A program made the position numbers and the translations under genes. Below are positions 11,950-25,500 of a DNA stretch of 64,000 nt, in pieces. This DNA is from Dictyostelium discoideum (Eukaryota). The notes beneath the pieces are model-generated. The model was given only the letters and a program-made list of their open reading frames with translations. It ran no database searches and had not been told where the DNA came from. The stretch's first letter is position 1. Every line of letters starts with the position of its first letter. The stretch covers positions 2,880,001 through 2,944,000 of the forward strand of contig CM000151.3 of assembly GCA_000004695.1 (NCBI GenBank), given 5' to 3'.

Positions 11950-13160
11950 GTTTTTTAAAAAAAAAAAAAAAAGAAAATGATAATTACTTTGTAGAAGAAA
12001 TCACTAACCAAACCAGTACCCATATTCTTAATTGCAGTAGCAGAGTATTTCTATAATAATAATAGTAATAATAAAGAAAAATTAATTTTATTAGTTCCAG
12101 GTTTTTTTTTTTTTTTTTTTTTACCATACAAAAAAAAATAATAATTATAATAATAATAATAAAACTTACTTGGAATTTACTTGGAATCTTATTTAATGAA
12201 ACACAATTTTTTCCACTTTTATCAACACCAGCCCATGCTAAAAAGAATTTTAATTGACAACCTACACCTTCATCACATCTCATATCATCGAATTTGGTTG
12301 CACATTGATTATCGATACAGGAATCACAATTTTTACAAATTGAAGTATCTCTATCACCATCCCAAACTGCATCCACAATGGCACCATTATCAAGTTGGAA
12401 AATGATAGTGAAATAGCTGACAAATGTTCTTGTACTAAATTCAAAGATATGTTTTGGTGGCAAAATGATTGGTTCCAAAACTGTTGAATTATAATTTTCT
12501 ACTTTTTGGTAGGTTGCTGTGGTTATGTCTGTCACGTTTTGGCATGCTTTATCTGTACTAACAACGACTGAACCATTTGTAAGAGTTTCTTGACATGGTA
12601 CATCAACAAGTCTACTTGTGAAAGATGTTACATTTTTAGAATATGGAATCTCTGCCCAAACTGTATAACCTTCTACTTCTCTATTTTTAAAAACGTTTCT
12701 ATTTTTATTTGTTTCATTTAAATATTGAATAAGTCCATTTGCTTTATGTATTTTAAAACAAATAAATAAAATTAGTATATATTAAATTATAAAAAATTTT
12801 AAAATTAATTTTTTATTTTTTTCAATACTTACCACTGAATTTAATAGTTGAAAATTCGTCGACTCTTGGATGAAAATCAGCAGTTGCTTCGAAACCAGAT
12901 TGATTATTTCTAATGTGGAATCTAATGAATGACCAATCATATCTATTGTATCTGTGGTCTGTCCATGAGGAATTTGATAAATCTTTTGTATTCATAAAAT
13001 TTTGATCTCCTATATTAACGACATTTGGTGAACCAAGGAGCATTGTACCATTTTCAACGTACCCAAGTTGTAAATCTGGTCCTCTAACAATCTGACCATT
13101 TATTAAATTTATGAAAAATATTATTTGAATTATTATGAAAATTGAATATATGAATTTCAT
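11950..13160 (-). CDS. Secreted, N-glycosylation-rich, Cys-containing protein of unknown family. Exons 12833..13160 and 12170..12741, plus a short terminal exon near 11950..12050 whose acceptor is unresolved.
   Basis: ATG at 13158-13160. Signal peptide '[22 protein letters not shown]'. Exon 1 donor G|GTAAGT (phase 1); acceptor cataaag|CA. Exon 2 is open through '..[35 protein letters not shown]' to the donor CAA|GTAAGT, with a second in-register GTAAAT donor 12 nt upstream. Many N-x-S/T sequons. Confidence 0.55.
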
Positions 13161-13303
13161 TTTTTTTTTTTTTTTTTTTTTATTTATTTATTTATTTATT
13201 TATTAATTTATTTTTTTATTTATTTTTTATTTAATTTGTGGTAAAAATGTTGGAATATTAATTTTTTATTTGGTTTACTAAATCTGTGTGATTATTTGTG
13301 TGA

Positions 13304-13358
<55 letters not shown>

Positions 13359-13540
13359 ATTTGGTTATTTTGTTTTTAGATTTTAGATTTTTATATAAAA
13401 TATTATAAATTCTATAAATTTTATTAAATCGAATTAAAATATCTAAAAATATAAATAATTATTATAATTATACAGGTAATAAAAGATATCGAGAATTGTT
13501 ATACTGGTCTTTAAAAATTTTTGGTCTGGTGTGAGTTTTT

Positions 13541-13596
13541 TTTCTCTGGCCTAAATATTTTTTTTTTTTTTTTCTCTGGCCTAAATATTTTTTAAA
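13541..13596. repeat. Tandem duplication of 'tttctctggcctaaatatttttt' (2 copies, ~31-bp period)
   Basis: Two identical copies, at 13541-13563 and 13572-13594, in the intergenic region between two minus-strand genes. Confidence 0.8.
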
Positions 13597-14664
13597 AAAA
13601 AAAAATTAAAAAAATTAAAAAAAAATAAAATTAAAAAAAAAAAAAGTCGTTAACTGGTTTAAAAGAATTTGTTTGTTATTTGCAACGTCGTTATTAACTA
13701 AAAACAAATCGATAGAAACCATGACATGATGTGATTACCCTATTTTATTTTATTTTTTTTTATTTTTTTTTATTTTTTTTTATTTTTTTTTTTATTTTTT
13801 TTTATTTTTTTTTATTTTTTTTATTTTTTTTTATTCAAAGTGATCAAATATAAAATTGACATTTTTTTTTTTATTTTTTTTATTTTTTTTTTTTATATTA
13901 TTTTTTTTTTTTTTTTAATGTATTGATAGAAAATGATTAAAAAAAAAAAAAAAAAAATTAAAAAACTAAAATAAAATGAGAAAAGTATCATATAAATACT
14001 TTGAAAATCATAAACAATCAAACCTATTCAATTGTCTAACGTTTTACTATCAAATGATTCAAACTCCTGATAGATCAATATTTAAACTTGCTACCTCATG
14101 GAATTTGATTTCCAATTCCATAAAACAATAAAAAAGAAAATAGCCATTTTTTTTTATAATTAAAAATAATTTTCTTAATTATCTATATCTATAGGTCGTT
14201 GATAATATCTACTCATATCATTTTTTTAAATTTACCTAATTATGTGGGCCTCTATAAAATGTTTTTTCATTTTTTGACCCAAAAAGAAAAAAAAAAAATA
14301 ATAAAAAATTAATCAGTTTCTATTAGAGATACTAGTTTGATGGGGTATTATTATTATAATTTTTTTTATTTCTCAGTTTAGTTGTTAAATTTTTTTTTTT
14401 TTACCTATTTTAAAATAATTAAATAAAAAAAAAAAAAAAAAAAATTAAGTGAGCCATAAATCATTTTAAAAAAAATTATTCAAAATTAATAATTATTAAA
14501 AAAAGAGTGGTTAACTAATAAAGTATGAAAAATCGTTTATTTTTTTTTTTTATTTTTTTTTTATTTTTTAATTTTTTTTATTAATATACAGATAATTTCG
14601 AATACTGATTAAAACCTTAATATTTGGATTTTTTTTTTTTTATTAATTTAAATAGTTTATTTAT

Positions 14665-14695
<31 letters not shown>

Positions 14696-14717
14696 GATTA
14701 AATTATTTATAAATAAT

Positions 14718-15038
14718 TTAATCAAAATAACCTAAATATCTCAAGAAAAGAGCCCTGTCTCCTACTTTTTTAATTAAATCTTTCCATTCATATTCAGTGA
14801 TTGAAAAAGCAGTTTCGAAATTTGAGATTGAATTTTCTTCAAATACTTTGGCAATTGCAGTTCTTTGAGTAGGAGAAAGTGGGATATTAATAAACCAAGA
14901 TAAAAAACTGTCATTTAATTCAGGATTATCAACAATCTCAACTCTTGTCAATTTGGCAGAGTTTGTTGGATCAATTTTAATTTTAATATTTTCAGGTTCA
15001 GTTTCTTGAGACTCATCCATTGTTTCATCAATTTCATT

Positions 15039-15073
<35 letters not shown>

Positions 15074-16968
15074 GCTGTTGTTGTTGTTGTTTTTGTTGTT
15101 CATCTTCTGAAGTAGAAGTAGTAGTGGTGGTAGTAGTTGTAGTAGTTGAGGTAGTAATAGCATCTTCATTTGAGAAATCATTATTGTCAATATTCATTTG
15201 ATTTTCAACTAAAACTTCATCTTCTTTTTCTTGTTTTAGAGTTGATTGTTTGTAAATGAATAAAATTGAAGTTCTTTTTTCAACCTCTAAATTTTCACTT
15301 CTGTTAATGAATGATACTGGATCATTGGTTGAACATCTAATGCTTGCATTTTCATTGTCATCTGAGGAATTAATATGAATTGAACTATGATTTCCATTTG
15401 ACATTAGCACAGATTCTAATACATAGGTTAAATCATCACCACCACTACCATCATCATTTTGAATTTCAAATGAATTACCAATTTTAATGAATTTTGGGAA
15501 ATCGATAGGTTTGAAAGTTGGTTCACCATTTTTAATTCTATTTACAGAAACTAAAAGATGAGATGGTGAGCTAATTAAAACTGTTTTACGTTGAACTTGT
15601 TTATTACAATTTTTACATTGCTCAATTGAATTATTTTGAGAGTAGAGTGTGTTGGCAATATTCTCTTCGATATTATTTGAATCAATGTTTACAGTAAAGT
15701 CCAAAATAAATTGTTGAAGATTTGGTTTTATTAATTTCTTACAAACATTACATATATGTTGACAACTACCAGTGAGAGGAGTGAATATGGATGATGATAT
15801 TTTTTTAATTGATTGTAAAAGTAAAGCTAAAATCTTTGAAGGTGATAAGAAGGATGAAGATGGAGTTGAATTTAATAATTCCATTAATTCATCATTTGCT
15901 TCAATGAATTCCTTAAATAAAGTATCGACTATGAATGGTTCTTTTAATTTTTTACTTGAAATCGATTTGAAATGTTGTAACTCTGTATATAAAGAGAAAG
16001 AGAATTTAACATCTTCAATATTTAATAAATCAATTAAATTGAATCTTATCCATTCTAATAAACTCGTAGCAAAGATTGGTATTGACGATGATGATGATGA
16101 TGTTTTGATAGTATGATCCTTTAATATTAACATAGTTTTAATTAATGATTCATCCTCTTCTTTATCATTTCCATCATTACTAATAACTTTAACATTTTTA
16201 GTTAGATATTCATTATTGTATGATACTAATTCTTTAAGTTTCAAATTTTGATCAGCTTTTTTAAACATTGGATTAATGGATCTATTATCTTGAGATTGTG
16301 AAGGGGTTGAAGCTCTTGGATTGAAAAATTTCTTTTTAGTAGTGCCATTTAAATCATCAATTGTTAATTCTTTGAAAATGATTAAACCACCACCACCACC
16401 ACTACCAAATCTACTATTTTTATCATTTGTAACTTCACCAATTTCATCCAATTGAATGTGTAAAACTGTTAGAGTTTCTTGAAGTGTACCCATAAATGTT
16501 GCATAATAACTTGAAGTCATACTTGGTAAAACAAAAGTAAAGATTGATAAATTGGTTGAAGGTTCTTTGATATCACGTAATTGGAATTTATTAATTAAAT
16601 GTAAAAGTGGTAAATCTGGTTGAATGGATCTTGCAATTCTCTTTGAATCTTCAGAAGATGCTTTTTGAATGATTTTACCTAAATAATCTTTCCAAAGAAT
16701 TGAACGTTCTCGAATATCAAATTCACAATCCTTTAAGATACTCTCTGAAATTGATTTAAATTGAATTAAATAGTCATTGTTTGGTTGAACTGGGTCAGGA
16801 ATAATTGAACTATAATAATATCTAAATCCAAGGTAACTATTTATAAATATATCACATAGTGATAATACTTGATTTACATTAATAACTGGTAATAAATCTT
16901 TAATAGCAAAATCTAATTTAAATGATTCAAAAACATCATCACTCATTAATTCAATATTATTATTATTA

Positions 16969-17066
<98 letters not shown>

Positions 17067-20000
17067 TTTAAAATTTGAAAATTGTAATTGATTTAAATTT
17101 AAAGTTTTAATAAAATCTAAATTTTCTTGTTTTGAAATTAAAAGTAAAATTTGAATTAAATATCTACCAAATGATTCTAATTGATCATTATTTAATTTTG
17201 ATTTACATCTTGAACGTAATTTAATCTTTATAGTTTCTTCTATTTCATTATTAAAACCTGTAAATGTTTCAATCTTTTCAATTAATTCATTTAGTTCTTT
17301 AATAAATTCTGGTTCAACAGTTGGTTTTTTAATTTTATCTAATAATTTTTCATTAACTTTAGTAACTACTTCAGTTAAACCATAATCTTCATCGTCATCG
17401 TCATCATCATTATCATTATCAACTTTTTGTTCTTGTGATTTTTTAATGGTTGGTTGTTTTTTGAATTTTAAATCTGTTTTAAATCTAATTAATTGATTTC
17501 TAATTACTTTACCATAGAGATATTGTAAGATGATTGAATTTTGAATTAATGACCAATCGATAGAACCTACAAATTTAGATTTATCAAGTACAAAGTATTT
17601 AGAGATCCAAGATGAATAATAATGATAGAAATCTTCAGGTTTAAAGTTTGCACCAATTAATAGATTATCACTACCAATTGTTGATGGAATATCACCAATA
17701 TCGATTTCATTATTAGTTCTAGTGAAACTCTCAATGATTTCAAGGATATCTTCGGGTAAATTGCCTTTATCCATTGAGAGTTGTAAAAGTTTACTTTGAG
17801 TATTTGCTAACCATTGATCGATTACACGAACGATACAACCAGGTTGAGTATCATGATAAAACATTTGACTGAGTCGTGATTTTTTTTCAATTGATGGTAT
17901 GATCGCTTCTGAACGTAATGCATTTGGACAAATTTCAATCTCTATATTTTTAATGATAACTGGCCAAATATTAAGCAAATCTTCAAAAGCTTTCTTTAAT
18001 GGAGCAACTGATTGAATGGTTTCATATTTATTGGTAATTAAATATTTAATACATTTTGTAACTGATTGGTCAATGAAATCTGGTGGTAATAAATTTGCAG
18101 TGAAACGATTAAAAGTATCAAGGAATTGAATCAATACTTTAAAGTGACTTGAGATACAAAGTTTGTTAATTTCATTGATAAAGGTTTTAATAATAAGGAA
18201 TTGTTGTTGTTCAGTTGCAGTAACCAATGTTTGAATGGTGAAATGAGGAATTATTAATGAGCTATAATTTAAAGTATATAGAGTTCTAAGCTTTAACAAT
18301 GAATCAAATTGTGGACTTGATGCAACAGTTTTTGCAAGGAAACGATTTTTAGAGGCGTTGGCATCATTTTTAACGGCAGCAAAAATTTGATTTAATCTAA
18401 CTTCATATGCATGTGATAGTTGTGCATTTGGGAAATTATCTAAAAATACACCTTGATTATGGAATGACTCTGACCAAATTGCCATTGTATAATTTGAAAT
18501 ATACATCCATGGATCTAATAATAAACCTTTAAGATCAGGATTTAATTCAATCTCTGTTATTGAAACCAATGCTCTATTTAATACATAATCGGATGGATTT
18601 GCAGAATCTTGAAAATTAATGAAATGACTTGCTCTATAATCTTGGAATGTATATTTTCTCATTGAGGCAGTGAATGAAATTACAGACCAAGTTGAAGCTA
18701 CAATTGAAAAGAAATCCAAACTATTACCATAATAAGTTTCATATTTTGCATTGCAATCAACCAATTGACCACCTCTTGAACCTGGGAAATATTTACCTAA
18801 ATTAAACATAAAAGGATCAACAGCACCAACAATAGCTTTTGAAAATTTACTAAGATGAGTATTTTCAGAACCAATTGAAATTGCAATGAAATTTATAATA
18901 ACATTTGCAACCTTTAATTGACTTTGATCAATTGAGGAGAGAATTTGATCGATTATGAAATTTCTATCGAATTTTCTTGTTAATATCTTTTTATAATGTT
19001 CTAAATAATTGAGTAAACCGAGTTGTTGTTGAATTACAGCATCATCAATGATAGCAATGATAAAGTTTATGAATTTTTGATTCTCTTGAGTTTTTAAACC
19101 ATTACCATTTGAAATATATTGATAAGATAAAATGAATAAAATGATTCTAATTAAACCTTTTTGTTTTGGAATTTTTGAATTAATTTCAAACAATTGTTTC
19201 AAAGAATTTAAATCTGCTAATTCAATGAATTGTTTTATATGAATATAGGTATCATTCTCTAATTTATAATGATCATCATAAACAAATGGTAAATGAAAAG
19301 TTTGATCTTTTGTAACTAATAAATTGATTTGATATTGTGATAAACCAATTGAATTCAATATCACTGGTGATTGGAATAAATCTAGGATCTTCTTTTCTTG
19401 AATGATTCTTGTGAACAAATAAACTTGATAAATGGTTGATTGTAAAATGGTTGAATCATTCTTATTATTTGATAGAATCATTCTTAATACATTTTGAATA
19501 TCTTTATTATTGATTAAACCATAGGTTGTCTCTAAATCATTATGATTTAATAAATCTGCAAAATGTTCCAAGAATATACAAGACAAGGATATCAATGATA
19601 CTCTTTCGAAAATGTTTACATTGATATCATTATCATCTTCATCAATTTCAAATGTTGAGAATTTACCATACTTTATAAAGAATTCTGATATTAAAGATAT
19701 GATTTGATTTAATTTTGCTTTAGATTGAAATTGTTCAAAAGAAATATGATAAAGAATATCAATTAATGGTTGATTTGGTAACAATTGTTTTCTCAATAAA
19801 TCCAATCCTAATTTGAGTTTATGATTTTGTGGAATCAATACTGATAATTGTTCAATTGTTTCATTGTTAATATAAGTTAATGGACCACTATGAATAGTTT
19901 TTAATAAAGATTTATTAATTAAGCTACCTTGATTAATCATATCAAATAATTGTAATTTCTTTTCTTCTCTAATGATACCATTATTATTGGTTATAATATC

Positions 20001-22518
20001 TTTAATTATAATACAACTCCAACCAATTGGTATTGAATTTATCAATGAATTTGGTATGGTATAATCATTATTTACAATCTTTAAGAAAGAATAAAGATTA
20101 TCATTATTTAATAGAATTAATGGTTTGATGATTTCTAAAATTAAACTTTTTGATGGTTTTGGTTCAATTTTCATTTCATTATCAATAAGATTGAAATAGA
20201 TATCCATTACTTTCAATAAATCTAAACAACGGAAATTTGGTAATGCACCAATTAAAATTTTCTTATTTTCATCTGGTAATTCGGAATTGTTGAATAAAAT
20301 CTCTACGAATAATTGATAGATTGAATGAATGTATGCTAATAATTCTAAAACTTCAATTTCATTTGGATCTGTTGTAATAAAGATTTCATCAACATTAATT
20401 CTATTGAAAAGATCTCTAACTATTTTAACCCATACAATGATTTCCTTATTTTGATCATCACCTTGTTTAATATTAAATGAAATTTGATCAATTTCTTGTG
20501 AAAGTAATTCAATTGTTAAATATAAAAATTTAGTTTTAATTAATTTAATATCATAATAATTAATATTTTTCTTTTCATTATTGTTTTGATTGTTATTGTT
20601 ATTGTTACTATTATTATTATTATTTTTAAAACCATCATTATAATAATCATCAAAAAATTCATCATCGTCATCATTATCATCATCATCATCTTGATTGTTT
20701 TTAAAAGTAATTAATATCATTTCTTTACATCTTTGTAATGCATATTCTTTATATGTTAATTGAAGTAATGGTGAGATGATATTCTTTAGGAAATCGATTG
20801 TTTCAACTTTAAATTCTTTAATGATCCAATATTGAATTATTTTCATTGAATTGGTAAATACTTTTTCATTAATTTTTTTAGTTTTATTTGTTGACTGATC
20901 AATATCATCTTCTTGATTGACGATTGTATAGGGTAATAATGAATCCAAGATTGAAATGAATAAATCTTTTGTCTCTAAACTTATACCCATAGTTCTAACA
21001 ACGAAATCATGTTTATATTGTTCGAAAAGATTGTCACTACCTGCAATGAAATGAATTAACTCTTCAATTGGATGATTGATAATATAGGAATAAATTTCCC
21101 CGTATACGACCTTGGGTTGTTTACTTTTAGATTCCAATATGATATTATCGAAAATTAAACTAAATTGACTTTCAAAATAATCATATAATGGTAGAGATGA
21201 TGGAATAGTTGTAATCTTTGGTAAAGATAAATGAATTGGTTCTAATCTTCTTTCAATACCAATATTCTCTGATAAATTATATTGTAATTTTGAAGTTTTA
21301 ATGAAAAGTTTAATTAAATTATAATTTTCTAAACTTGAATTTAAAATCATTCCATCAGTTGTTGATTCTCTAAGATTTCTTTTCTTTTTATTTCTATTAT
21401 TATTGTTATTATTATTTGAAACTTTTTCAAAATCATCTCTATAATTTTTTATAATTTGTAAAATTGTTGGAATTGAATTATAATTACAAATTGTTTTAAT
21501 AATATTTGAAGTTACAGGATAAAGATAGTTTGTAATTGAAGATTTAATAGCATCAATGAATGCACTTTGTTCTTTACCTGATAGAATACGTTGACAAATA
21601 TTTACTAAAATTCTTTGGAAAATCTTTTGATCTAACCAATGATCAGTGAAATTTTGAATGACAATTTGATACCATTCTGGATTTGTAGTGAAAATTTCAT
21701 TTAAAACCTCTTGTCTAATTGAAGCATCTTTATAGAATTGATGAATTTGAACTCTATTATTATTATTATTATTATTGTTATTGTTATTATTGTTGTTATT
21801 ATTATTTGGTGTTCTAATTGGTATCATTGGTAACTGTTTACAAATTATATCTTTTGAAATGGTTTTCAATTGATTCTTAACCATATCTCTTAGAATATTA
21901 TTAATTGGTTTTTGATTCTCTCTAAAATCATAATGATAACTTGTATTATTAAATATATTGAAATAATCATTTGAAAAACCATTGGTATTAGTTGTTGTAT
22001 CAACACCACAACTTGCAGCAATCCAATCTCTAATATCTTCTTCAATGATAGTTTCATAATGTTTATCAACTTGATCCTTTTCAAATTTAATACCTAACGA
22101 ATCGATATAAGTGAATTCGATTTCATTTAAAAAGATTGAATTTAATTTTAATGATTGTTGAGATAATGAGTATTCTGGTGGGTAATGATAAATTGTGATC
22201 AATGATTTGGATTCATTCATATCCAATAATAATTCAAATATATAATTCACTTGATTTTGATTACAATTGATCATATCTGCAATTACAATTAATATTCTTT
22301 CTTGTTTTGAATTTTTAAATGATTCAATAATCTTTGAACATTCTAAACTTGATTGAATTGAATTTAAATGAATGATTTTAATGAATTTTCCATCAATTGG
22401 TTTTTTATTACTACCACGATTAATCTTTGAAGGTGATCTATCAATATTGAATATTTCTAATGATTCACTTAAATATTCAAAATCGTCAAAATCACTTTCA
22501 CTTCCACCATTATTATTA

Positions 22519-22553
<35 letters not shown>

Positions 22554-25500
22554 TACACTATCTAACATTATTTGATCGAGATTTTCATTATCACCATCAT
22601 CATCTTTTGAAACCAATTTCTTATTTATAATTGATCTAACTAAATTATCACCTAAAATTTCAAGTAAAACTTCACCATCTTTAAAGGAAGTTAATGACAA
22701 AGAAGTTCTAGTGAAAATTACCCATTTATTTGAGATATATTCATTCATTGAATATTTAGTTGTAAATAAATTCTTTAAAAATCTAACTATACTAAAATGT
22801 TCTTGATTGATAAAATATTCCTTTAAATAATTAATTGGATAAATTGAATCTTTAATACGAATGATTGATTCTGGTTTTGCAATTTGTAATAATTTAAAAT
22901 TGAATAATGTTTGTGGTTCATTTTTAATTGAAGTTGCTGTCGATGTTGGTGAACTTGATAATAATTTATAAAATTCTCTCTTTTTAGAATTGGTAGTTGT
23001 TGAAACCATATCATAATTTTTAAAGAATTGATAAATTAAACTTGAACAAGTTTCAGTTGAAGAAAATCCAGCTAATAATGATTTTTTACTTGCTTTATTA
23101 TGAAGTGTATCAACGAAATGATTGGAGTACTTCACAAGGTTATTAAATAGATCGGTACTTGATTGATGCTTACTAATGAATTCTTGAGTTAATAAATCAA
23201 TTGATACTGTATACTTTTCGAATCTATTTAACCAAGGTAATTGAGTATTCTTTAATCTTGACATTGGCATATGAATGATAACTTTAAAGTCTGGATGAAC
23301 TGTACAAAATACTGAATGAGTACCAAAACTAATATTTGCAACCATTTGTAAACGATCACGATGTTCTGAAGAAGGTGTTAAAATAAAGTATCTATTGAAA
23401 ACTTCATAGAAACATGAATCAATCTTTTCACTATTGACCAATACAACGGTACCACCAGTTTCCATAATTGATTTAATAGTTGAAACACATTCTACCAATG
23501 ATTCCTCTGAACTATCATTTTCAAAACCACCAACTCTAACAATTGTTAAATTTTCAATACCAATCTCTTTTAGAATTGAAATGGATGATTCATTCTCTGA
23601 AGGATCAACGATCATCATATAACGGAAAGTTAATGAACTTGGATCTTGATTTGGTTTGATAACTTCAGCTAATGAACTCTTTATGTTTGCGATTGTATTA
23701 TCTATTGTGTAAAGTGATGCTGGTGGATCAACGTTTTGCTCTCTAAAGAATAATTGAGCCAACTGAATAAAATCTTGATTATTAATACCTTTGAAATTTC
23801 TTTCCAATGAATCCAATAATGCCAATGGGAAAGGTCTTTCAAGGTCAAGTTCTCTTTTAAGATGTCTTAAAAAGAAACAATAATCTCTTTGATGGAATAG
23901 ATTCTCTTTAGTATTGATTGAAAATTCATTAACTCTTTTGTAAGCTCTACATAGGGCATCACGAATTTTCTGTTCTTGAGCATCGAGATCATTTCTATTA
24001 TTATAGAGACAACCTACAACCAATGCTTTTTCATCATCCTCTGTCATTTTATCTGGATGAATTAAAATCATCATACGATTGGTTTTGGCAGCATCTAAAA
24101 TCTTATTTGATAGAATTACAATACCAACATTATCTTTGGCTTCACCAGTTTTATTTCCAACCTTATCTAAATAGTCATGTAATACTTTCATTGGTGAATT
24201 ATTTTCATCGACTAAACCAGCTTCATCAAGGAAAACCACGGATTTATATTTCTCTGCTTTCATAATTTTTTCACGATTAATTGCTTGTTCAAATTTAACT
24301 TGAATTTCAATATCTGAACTATGTTCAGTACATTGATATCTGAATGGTTCTGTCATTGGAATATGAGCCAATGGTGAATTTGGTTTTTGTTTTTGTGTTG
24401 GTGAATTAATATTATCCAAAACGATTGTAAATGAAATTGTTTTTGAACAACCTGGTGGACCAACAACCAATAAGGGTACATTACAATTGATCGATACGAT
24501 AGTACAGAAAACATTTAACATCAATGATTCAGTTTTAGCAATACCATCTGGTAATTGAATGAAATCACGACACAATGATGAATACTTTTTATGGAATATA
24601 TAAGTGAATGGATTTCTACCACCAGCATTATCTAAATTATTGCCACGTTGATCATTATAATAATTTGAAAATATTTCTAATATACCTTGTCTATTTTTAC
24701 CAGGAATCATTCTAATGATATAAGTTAAATACATTGAAATGATTAATGATATCCAATGTCTATCTTCAAAATTTAATTCTCTAATTTCTCCACAATTTAC
24801 TAATGATTTACCACATTGATCTTCCATAAAGAAATTATAGAGATCGATTGCTCTCATGATATCTCTAATACTAACATGAGTACGATTTTGTTTAGTTTGA
24901 CGTAAATAATCTTGACCCAATATGATACACTCTTGAAGTTGATTGGAATGATGTGGTTGCATTTTAGTTTTCTTTTTAAATAATGTTGACAAGAATGAAC
25001 GTTCACTATCATCAAATTCACCAAAATCAAAATATAATTGTTCCATTGATTGTGGTGTTTCTTTTACAATGAAATCTTGATTACCTGATGCTGAAATTTG
25101 ACCAGTGAAATCGATTGAATCATTGGTTGATGATTTCATCTTTGGATTCATTGCGCCAATGATACGAATATTTGATGATGCCAATTGTTTACCATCCAAT
25201 GTACCATCAATGAATAACTCTGTAATGATTGCACAAGTATCGATAGGAGCAGTATTAAATTCATCAATGAAAATTACGAAAATCAATGATGAATTAATGT
25301 TTAATAAATCTTTTGCTGTATTTTCCAATTCTTTCATCTTTTTTAAGAATAAATCACTTGTATACTTTTCATGCATAATTAATCTTTGGAAAAGACGTTT
25401 AAATTTAATGGAGCCAATATCTTTGATTGCTTGTTCCATAGTTTCTTTTGAATCAATAGTTCTTGTATTCTTTTTTAAAGAATCTAATAATGAACCTTCA

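Noticed and set aside
12181-12405. Plus-strand 74-aa His/Tyr-rich ORF
   Set aside because: It is antisense to exon 2 of the secreted-protein gene.
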